32,000 nt of DNA from Methylophaga frappieri. GTDB lineage: Bacteria > Pseudomonadota > Gammaproteobacteria > Nitrosococcales > Methylophagaceae. The notes under the pieces are model-generated. The model was not told the origin of the DNA and searched no databases. It worked only from the letters and a program-made list of their open reading frames with translations. The position numbers and the translations under genes were made by a program. The stretch's first letter is position 1, and the number at the start of each line of letters is the position of its first letter. Location: assembly GCF_000260965.1 (NCBI RefSeq), contig NC_017856.1, positions 810,001-842,000 on the forward strand, given 5' to 3'. Positions 8,627 through 15,872 of the stretch are shown here, in pieces.

Positions 8627-9971
8627 TACGCAAGCAGTATCCCGTCACGCTGACTTACTGATCACTGACGGCACCGTCATCACCCCATCCGGTGAACGGC
8701 ACATTGATATCGCCTGCCGACATGGACGTGTTGTGGCATTAGGTGATTTGCAGTCTCAGTGGTCAGCAGACACCACCTTATCCGTGAAGGGCCTGCATAT
8801 GATGCCCGGTGTGATGGACACACAGGTGCACTTCCGTGAACCGGGTTTAACCCACAAAGAGACGATTGAAGCGGGTACCCGAGGTGCCGTGCTTGGCGGG
8901 ATCACCGGCATCTTCGAGATGCCCAACACCAACCCGTTGACGATGCATAAAGCCGATCTTGATGCCAAGCTGGATATCGCTAAACGCTCCGCCTGGTGTG
9001 ACTATGCCTTCTATCTCGGTGGCTCTGCCGTGAATGCTGAGCAATTGGCCGAATTGGAATTGCTCCCCGGTTGCTCCGGCGTAAAAGTGTTTATGGGTAG
9101 CTCCTTTGGTGATTTGTTAACCGATGATCAAACCATACTTGAGCGTATTTTGATGTCGGGCCAGCGTCGTGTGGCAATTCATGCTGAGGATGAACAACGT
9201 CTGCGTGAGCGTCGTCAGCTTGTTGAAGCCGATCAAGACGTTCGTCAGCACCCTTTTTGGCGCGATGTCGACAGTGCCTTATTTGCGACCAAACGCATCG
9301 TCGCTTTGTCTGAAAAGACCTGTCGTCGCTTGCATGTGCTTCATATCAGTACTGAAGAAGAGATCACTTTCCTGGCAGAACATAAGCACCATGTCAGCGT
9401 TGAAGTCACGCCTCACCATCTGACCATGAGTGCGCCAGCGTGCTATGAACGCTTGGGTAGTCTCGCTCAAATGAACCCACCGGTCAGGGAAAAACGCCAT
9501 CAGGACGCCTTATGGCGTGCCATCAACAATGGCATTGTTGATGTGATTGGCAGTGACCACGCCCCGCACACTCTGGAAGAAAAAGCCAAGCCTTATCCAA
9601 ACTCACCCAGCGGTATGACTGGAGTGCAAACCCTGCTGCCGGTGATGCTCGATCATGTCCACCATGGTCGACTGACCCTGCAGCGTTTGGCCGATTTAAC
9701 CAGTGCAGGTCCTGCGCGTTTATTCAATATTCAGGGCAAAGGACGTATTGCCGTGGGCTACGACGCCGACTTTTCTATTGTTGATCTCTCAGCCAGGCGC
9801 ACCATTGAAAACAGCTGGATTGCCAGCCAGTCAGGCTGGTCACCTTACGATGGCAAAGCCATCACCGGTTGGCCGATTCATACCATCGTACGCGGCAATA
9901 TCGTTGTTCGGGACGAGGCATTGTCGACCCGGCCGGACGCTCAGCCTATCCAGTTTGATTATCACCAGTAA
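8619..9971 (+). CDS. pyrC: Dihydroorotase-like amidohydrolase (long, class I type)
   Basis: [60 protein letters not shown] and GSDHAPH. The start overlaps the thrS stop by 8 nt (ATGAATGA). Confidence 0.85.
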   Translation: MNDTQAVSRHADLLITDGTVITPSGERHIDIACRHGRVVALGDLQSQWSADTTLSVKGLHMMPGVMDTQVHFREPGLTHKETIEAGTRGAVLGGITGIFEMPNTNPLTMHKADLDAKLDIAKRSAWCDYAFYLGGSAVNAEQLAELELLPGCSGVKVFMGSSFGDLLTDDQTILERILMSGQRRVAIHAEDEQRLRERRQLVEADQDVRQHPFWRDVDSALFATKRIVALSEKTCRRLHVLHISTEEEITFLAEHKHHVSVEVTPHHLTMSAPACYERLGSLAQMNPPVREKRHQDALWRAINNGIVDVIGSDHAPHTLEEKAKPYPNSPSGMTGVQTLLPVMLDHVHHGRLTLQRLADLTSAGPARLFNIQGKGRIAVGYDADFSIVDLSARRTIENSWIASQSGWSPYDGKAITGWPIHTIVRGNIVVRDEALSTRPDAQPIQFDYHQ

Positions 9972-9989
9972 CGACTTTAGGACTTTACC

Positions 9990-10478
9990 ATGACCGAAAC
10001 ATCACCGTCCCTGTTTCACGACAGGAAAACCATCGAGCAGGTCGAGGAAGGCAACGAACTCGCGCCAAAATTTGATGAGCAGGGCTTGATTAGCTGTATT
10101 ACCACCGACCATGCCTCAGGCGAGGTATTGATGCTGGGCTATATGAACCAGGAAGCGCTCAGCAAAACCATTGAAACCGGCGAGGCACATTATTGGAGTC
10201 GTTCACGGAAAACCTTGTGGCACAAAGGTAAGACCAGTGGCCTTGTCCAGCAGGTCATCGAAATGCGTATTGATGACGATCAGGATGCGATCTGGCTGGC
10301 AGTGAAGGTACTGGGCTCAGGCGCAAGCTGCCATGTTGGCTATCGCTCCTGCTTTTATCGTCGTGTCCCGGTCGGACAAGACCGTGAGCAACAAGCAGAT
10401 CTGGTCTTCACCGAACAGACAAAAGTGTTTGAGCCGGAAGACGTCTACGGCGATGCGCCCAACCCAACCATACTCTAA
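9990..10478 (+). CDS. hisI: Phosphoribosyl-AMP cyclohydrolase (monofunctional HisI)
   Basis: [32 protein letters not shown] and [11 protein letters not shown] match the HisI domain of E. coli HisIE. An AGGA RBS precedes the start. There is no HisE fusion and no neighbouring his genes. Confidence 0.9.
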   Translation: MTETSPSLFHDRKTIEQVEEGNELAPKFDEQGLISCITTDHASGEVLMLGYMNQEALSKTIETGEAHYWSRSRKTLWHKGKTSGLVQQVIEMRIDDDQDAIWLAVKVLGSGASCHVGYRSCFYRRVPVGQDREQQADLVFTEQTKVFEPEDVYGDAPNPTIL

Positions 10479-10480
10479 TC

Positions 10481-13400
10481 TTAGTGTGTTGCTCGCTCTT
10501 GTTTAACGGAGTCGAGCAACACCTCTACCGGGTGTTTTAACCTCACATCCTGCATTCTTTTTACTTGCGAACGACACGAATAGCCGGTCGCTAACACTTC
10601 TTCATTCGGCTGCGTCTGTGCTAATTGTGGCGCCCAGGATTGCTGGAAAATCGTAGTCGAGGTGTCAAGATTTCGCAGTTCATGACCATAGGTACCTGAC
10701 ATGCCACAGCAGCCTGTAGACACCACAGACATAGGCAGACCGCGACGTTTGAATACAGCTTGCCACTGTGCAGTGCTGCTGGCCGCATTGGTTTTTTCAG
10801 TACAGTGCATGAATAGCTTATAGGTGGCTGACGCAGTCGACGCACTGCTTTCAGGTAAATGTTTCATCAACCATTCCTGTGGCAGTAACACCTCTGGCAC
10901 TGATCCAGCATTCGTAAGGGCTGCATATTCTTGTCGGTAAATTAAGGTCATCGCCGGATCCAGCCCGACTAAGGTCACATTCAACGCCGCCAAGGCATTC
11001 AACGCGTCGATATTACGCTGTGCCGTTTTAGCAAAAGCTGTTCTAAAGCCCTGAACATGTAAAGGTTTGCCGTTGGGAAGATGTTTGGCCAACCACACCG
11101 AGTAACCTAATTCAGACATCAACTCGACCAATGCCGCTAAAACACGCGTATCAAAATAGCGGGTAAAGGTATCCTGAACCAAGACCACACAGCGTTCTTT
11201 CTCAGCGGCACTCAGCTGAGATAATTCTTCAGCGGTAGCCGTTTTAACGCCCCATTGCTGTAAGTTCGCTTGAAAAGCCGGATGTTCTGAATCAAATAGC
11301 GGGCTGTCCACCATACCAATGGTTTTCGCCAACAGTCGCTTCACCCACGCCTGCCCCATCACACCGTTGTAAAGCGGTGAAACACGCGATAGATAAGGGA
11401 TAAAGAACTCCAGCGAGGCCACCAGATACTCCCTCAATGGCCGGAAGTAGCGTTGATGATAGAGGAACAAAAACCGTGATCGCAGCTCAGGAATGTTCAC
11501 TTTAACAGGGCATTGACCGACACAGGATTTACAGGCCAGACACCCCGCCATTGCATCGTAAACTTCATGGTTAAAGCTGTCTTCCGCCTTTCGCCTTTTT
11601 TTCGTCACAGCCTGTTTGAGTTGCTGCCACGATGAGTAATCAGCTGATGCACGCTCTTTTTCAGCGGCATCCACACCACTCAGTTGCTGCAGTCGTAACC
11701 ACTCGCGCATTGCCGAAGCACGGCCTTTGGGAGAATGGATACGTTGCCGTGTCGCTTTCCATGATGGACACATGGCATCGTTGACGTCGTAGTTATAGCA
11801 GGCGCCATTGCCATTACAGTGCATGCTGGCACCAAAGCTTTGCCAGTTTGACGGTGCGATTTGTCGATCATACTCACCGCGTAGAGCAACACCATCAATC
11901 TTAAGTAAGGCGTCTTTGGCAGACCCCAAGGGCGAGGCAATCTTGCCGGGATTCAACTGGTTATTGGGATCAAACAGGCTTTTGACTTGCTGAATAGCCG
12001 GGTACAAGTCGCCAAAGAATTGCGGCACATACTCAGAGCGCAACCCTTTACCATGCTCACCCCATAACAGGCCGCCATACTTTTCAATCAGTTTGACCGC
12101 GTGATCGGTGATCGGTCGTATCAGCGCCGCCTGCTCCGGGTCTTTCATATCCAAGGCCGGCCTGACATGCAAAACACCGGCATCAACGTGTCCGAACATC
12201 CCGTATTGCAGTTCGTGGCCATCCAGTAAATCACGAAGCTCAGCAATAAAATCGGCCAGGTTTTCCGGCGGTACCGCCATATCTTCAATAAACGGCTGCG
12301 GCCGGGCTTCACCCTGCGAGTTACCGAGCAAACCCACGGCGCGTTTACGCATCCCATAGACCCGCTTCACCGCATCTTCACCTGCAGCCAGGGTATAACC
12401 CGATCGTGCTATGGACTGATCCTGCTCCAGATACGCCAAAAAAGCACTCACCTCGGTATCAACCGACGACTTGCTGTCGCCGCTGAACTCGATCAGGTTA
12501 ATACCCAGAACATTACCACTGTCATCAGGGAAATATTCACAAACGCTCTGCCAAACACTGTCTTTTTGTGCCAATTGCAGCACCCGCGAATCAACCGTTT
12601 CAATCGAGAGTGGTTGGTGCTCCATCAACGTTTTGGCGTCACGTAATGCGTCCATGAAGCTCGGGTAACGAAGGTTGATGAGCACGGAGTAGTTGGGAAT
12701 GGGGAGTAAATTCAGCTTGGCTTCAACCACAAAGCCCAAGGTGCCCTCAGAGCCACAGATAACACTGTTTAGATTGAACTCACCCTTCTCATTCAAGTGC
12801 GCCAAGTCATAGCCGGTCAAGCAGCGATTCAACTTAGGAAAGGTTGACGCTATCAATGCCGCATTTTCGCTGCTGAGCTTATCCAGGGATTGATAAATTG
12901 ATGCCTCACGTTCACTAAGGCTCGCGGTATGTTGCGCGAGTTCTGTCGCAGTAATGGCCTGCGTATGCAGCTGCTCACCACCGACAACAACCGTATCCAG
13001 TTCAATCACATGATCACGTGTTTTGCCATACACACAGCTACCCTGGCCGCTGGCATCGGTGTTGATCATGCCGCCAATTGTTGCTCTGTTTGATGTCGAT
13101 AACTCAGGTGAGAAAAACAAGCCATGAGGCTTCAGTAAGGCATTTAACTGATCTTTGACCACACCGGCCTGCACCCTGGCCCAACGCTCATCCACATTGA
13201 TCTCCAGTACCCGGTTTAAGTGGCGAGACAGGTCCACCACAATGCCATCTGTCAGTGACTGTCCATTGGTACCCGTACCGCCGCCTCTTGCGGTAATCAC
13301 GATTTCAGTAAACGCTGGCTGCGCCATCAAGCTAGCCAACAGACTTACGTCTTCTACGGTGGCCGGAAAGACAATGGCCTGCGGCAGACGTTGATAAATA

Positions 13401-13540
13401 GAGTTATCCGTCGCAAACACGGTACGCGTGGCGTAGTCGCTCTCTATTTCACCGACAAAGCCTGTTTGCTGGAGTGTGTGCAAAAAGTCCTGGTAGACGG
13501 AAGAAATCAGGGATGATGAATTAACTGCCTGAATAATCAT
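10481..13540 (-). CDS. ydiJ: FAD-linked oxidase fused to Fe-S / CCG-domain oxidoreductase (YdiJ-like D-2-hydroxyglutarate dehydrogenase family)
   Basis: 1019 aa. It has an N-terminal FAD-binding oxidase domain (ARGGGTGTNGQS), a central ferredoxin-like cluster (CLACKSCVGQCP) and a C-terminal Cys-rich CCG-like motif (GCCGMSGTYG). Size and architecture match E. coli YdiJ as I recall it. Confidence 0.75.
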   Translation of the reverse strand: MIIQAVNSSSLISSVYQDFLHTLQQTGFVGEIESDYATRTVFATDNSIYQRLPQAIVFPATVEDVSLLASLMAQPAFTEIVITARGGGTGTNGQSLTDGIVVDLSRHLNRVLEINVDERWARVQAGVVKDQLNALLKPHGLFFSPELSTSNRATIGGMINTDASGQGSCVYGKTRDHVIELDTVVVGGEQLHTQAITATELAQHTASLSEREASIYQSLDKLSSENAALIASTFPKLNRCLTGYDLAHLNEKGEFNLNSVICGSEGTLGFVVEAKLNLLPIPNYSVLINLRYPSFMDALRDAKTLMEHQPLSIETVDSRVLQLAQKDSVWQSVCEYFPDDSGNVLGINLIEFSGDSKSSVDTEVSAFLAYLEQDQSIARSGYTLAAGEDAVKRVYGMRKRAVGLLGNSQGEARPQPFIEDMAVPPENLADFIAELRDLLDGHELQYGMFGHVDAGVLHVRPALDMKDPEQAALIRPITDHAVKLIEKYGGLLWGEHGKGLRSEYVPQFFGDLYPAIQQVKSLFDPNNQLNPGKIASPLGSAKDALLKIDGVALRGEYDRQIAPSNWQSFGASMHCNGNGACYNYDVNDAMCPSWKATRQRIHSPKGRASAMREWLRLQQLSGVDAAEKERASADYSSWQQLKQAVTKKRRKAEDSFNHEVYDAMAGCLACKSCVGQCPVKVNIPELRSRFLFLYHQRYFRPLREYLVASLEFFIPYLSRVSPLYNGVMGQAWVKRLLAKTIGMVDSPLFDSEHPAFQANLQQWGVKTATAEELSQLSAAEKERCVVLVQDTFTRYFDTRVLAALVELMSELGYSVWLAKHLPNGKPLHVQGFRTAFAKTAQRNIDALNALAALNVTLVGLDPAMTLIYRQEYAALTNAGSVPEVLLPQEWLMKHLPESSASTASATYKLFMHCTEKTNAASSTAQWQAVFKRRGLPMSVVSTGCCGMSGTYGHELRNLDTSTTIFQQSWAPQLAQTQPNEEVLATGYSCRSQVKRMQDVRLKHPVEVLLDSVKQERATH

Positions 13541-13714
13541 TTAACTTGTGAAATTGGGCATAACAACAAAAAACACCGACGATCATCTACAACTGCACTG
13601 TCATTCACGCGTTTGAAAAGCATTGATAACGGGCAACATGCCGCTCTCAATCAAAAACGTAATATGATGGGGAAATAGCGAACAATCTTGGTAGGTGTTT
13701 GTTAAATATGCTGG

Positions 13715-14926
13715 CTAAGCAGGTTGCCATTGAGGAAATGGATCCGTCATGGTTTCCCACAATGATTTACCTGCGAGTAACTCTTCATCGCTGATAAGGC
13801 ACTCATCCAGCATGTTTCTGACCTGACCTTCATCCATATTCTGGCCAATAAATACCAGTTCCTGACGCATATCGCCGAACGGTTCCACCCAGTGCTCTTT
13901 GATGATTTTCAGTGACTCTTCATCCTGTGGCCAGCGACTTTCCGGTACCGCACGCCAGAACATGCCCGCAAAGCCATGCCGCGCAATACCGCCCGCCTGA
14001 CTCCACTGACCTGCAAATTGCGGTCGGCTGGCCAGCCAGAAATACCCCTTGGAACGAATCAGTTTTCCACACGGCCACTCTTGGTGCAGAAAGTCATAAA
14101 ACTTCTGTGGGTTGAACGGTTTACGCGCCGTATAAGTAAAGCTGCTTATGCCATACTCTTCCGTCTCCGGTTTGTGTTCACCGCGTCCTTCCTGCAACCA
14201 ACCTGCTGATTGTTCTGCTTTTTCAAAATCGAACTTGCCGGTTGCCAGCACTTTATCGAGGGCGACCTGTCCTTGCTCGATGGGAACAATCTCGGCGACG
14301 GGATTTAAGCCTTTGATAACACCGATGACAGCATTGAGTTGTTCTGGGCTACAGAGGTCGGTTTTGCTAATCAAAATCACATCACAGAATTCAATCTGAT
14401 CCACCAGCAGATCAGCGACACTTCGCTCATCGTCTTCGCCCAGTGATTCACCGGCATCCTGTAGCATGTCTGCCTGCTGGAAATCATTCAGAAAGTTGGC
14501 GGCATCCACCACCGTGACCATCGTATCCAGACGCGCCACTTCTGACAGGCTCTGTCCATCCTCATCAGCGAAGGTAAAGGTTTCGGCTACCGGTAACGGC
14601 TCAGAAATACCGGTAGATTCAATCACCAGATAATCAAAGCGGCCTTCATCAGCCAGACGACGAACCTCTAGCAATAAGTCCTCACGCAAGGTGCAGCAAA
14701 TGCAGCCATTGCTCATTTCTACCAACTTTTCTTCAGACCGGTTGAAATCAACCTCGTTATTGACTTGCTGAGCATCAATGTTGATTTCGCTCATATCATT
14801 AACAATGACGGCTACCTTTCGGCCCTCACGGTTGTTGAGAATATGATTCAGAACGGTGGTTTTGCCAGCCCCAAGGAAACCTGACAAAACGGTAACCGGC
14901 AGGCGTTTGTCCTGTTCAATGGTCAT
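13715..14926 (-). CDS. COG0523-family G3E GTPase (YeiR/ZigA-like zinc metallochaperone candidate), copy 2
   Basis: Walker A GFLGAGKT, CxCC motif [16 protein letters not shown] and SKTD, plus a CobW C-terminal-like domain. The preferred start is the ATG at 14926 (MTIEQ...), with an AAGGAA RBS about 6 nt upstream. This start overlaps the dksA-like stop by 11 nt. Confidence 0.85.
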   Translation of the reverse strand: MTIEQDKRLPVTVLSGFLGAGKTTVLNHILNNREGRKVAVIVNDMSEINIDAQQVNNEVDFNRSEEKLVEMSNGCICCTLREDLLLEVRRLADEGRFDYLVIESTGISEPLPVAETFTFADEDGQSLSEVARLDTMVTVVDAANFLNDFQQADMLQDAGESLGEDDERSVADLLVDQIEFCDVILISKTDLCSPEQLNAVIGVIKGLNPVAEIVPIEQGQVALDKVLATGKFDFEKAEQSAGWLQEGRGEHKPETEEYGISSFTYTARKPFNPQKFYDFLHQEWPCGKLIRSKGYFWLASRPQFAGQWSQAGGIARHGFAGMFWRAVPESRWPQDEESLKIIKEHWVEPFGDMRQELVFIGQNMDEGQVRNMLDECLISDEELLAGKSLWETMTDPFPQWQPA

Positions 14927-15314
14927 AGTGGCTTTCCTTTTTTTCATTTATCGTTTTTGCATCAGTCGAAAACTCGGCCGTTGGTCGAAGCAATAGACGT
15001 TGAATGCCTATTGGCTCTCCAGTCTGCGTGCAATACCCATAATCACCCATACGAATTCGGTGACGTGCAGCATCAATTTTAGGAATAAGCTGGCGTTTTC
15101 TGTCTGCGATTCGAATGGCAATAATTGCTTCTTCCTCTAATGTCGCCCGATCACTAACATCACTCACCCTGGCTTGTGAAATTTCAGCGCGAAGTGCTTC
15201 TATTTCCTGTAGCGTTTCCTGCCGAAGCTGTTGCAAGCGAAGATCAAAAAATGCCAGTTGTTCTGCATTCATGTACTCATCGTCTGATGCATTTAATAAG
15301 GTTTTTTCATCCAT
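14916..15314 (-). CDS. dksA2: DksA-family RNA-polymerase-binding protein lacking the Cys4 zinc finger (DksA2-type)
   Basis: Coiled-coil tip DVSDRA (DxxDxA) is present. The C-terminal region [31 protein letters not shown] aligns with E. coli [31 protein letters not shown], but only the first of the four Cys is kept. The preferred start is the ATG at 15314 (MDEKTLL...). Confidence 0.8.
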   Translation of the reverse strand: MDEKTLLNASDDEYMNAEQLAFFDLRLQQLRQETLQEIEALRAEISQARVSDVSDRATLEEEAIIAIRIADRKRQLIPKIDAARHRIRMGDYGYCTQTGEPIGIQRLLLRPTAEFSTDAKTINEKKESHYDH

Positions 15315-15443
15315 CTTTCTGATCCAACATTCGTTTGGCCACTGAGAACACATCTTGATTTTTATTTACAAATTGATTTCTGGTTCTCAGTTCAGCGCTC
15401 GATTTGATATTGAGAATCCAACTAAGGAAAGTCACTTGTATTT

Positions 15444-15464
15444 ATGATATATCATATCATTATA
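15444..15464 (-). promoter_or_regulatory. Candidate Zur operator, box C (ATGATATATCATATCAT, 15444-15460), abutting a perfect -10 hexamer for the dksA2-COG0523 operon
   Basis: 17-bp palindrome with 7 of 8 arm pairs complementary and a central T. On the minus strand, TATAAT (15459-15464) overlaps the operator edge by 2 nt, so the likely transcription start falls inside the box. The core matches the recalled Zur core at 12/15. Confidence 0.55.
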
Positions 15465-15811
15465 GATCACTAATCTTTCACGTGCATTTTTAACTAGAAA
15501 ATTGATTTGCATAAGCCAACAGATGTTTACATCTTACATAGATAAACTTGCGGCAATAGCTATTAAGCTGCAGCCAGCTAACCTTGGTAGATAATGCAGA
15601 TGGCAATGCATTCATTCGACAGAGTAGATGGCCACCCTGCATGCCTAGACATTGCGGGAGCCACCTGTCGGAACATTGATGACAAGGATTTTGCCGTTTT
15701 AGATATGGCGCTCTATTCTGTACCTGATCTAATCAAGTCAGTGAGCCATTAGCAGCAAGGAAATCACGTTCGCTGTGCAGCATTATTGTTATCGGCTGCC
15801 ATAAAAGCATG

Positions 15812-15857
15812 TAAAAAATGATGAAAAGCGCTCTCAAAAATTATAATGAGAGCGCTT
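15812..15857 (-). terminator. Intrinsic terminator downstream of the TonB-dependent receptor gene
   Basis: 10-bp stem AAGCGCTCTC (15826-15835) / GAGAGCGCTT (15848-15857) with a 12-nt loop. On the minus-strand transcript it is followed by TTCATCATTTTTT. Confidence 0.55.
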
Positions 15858-15872
15858 CATTAATCCGTAAAT

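Noticed and set aside
10481-13540. YdiJ-like FAD/Fe-S dehydrogenase as a member of the zinc island
   Set aside because: There is no operator-like palindrome in its upstream region (13541-13714) and no known zinc link for this family. It may simply be embedded between island modules.
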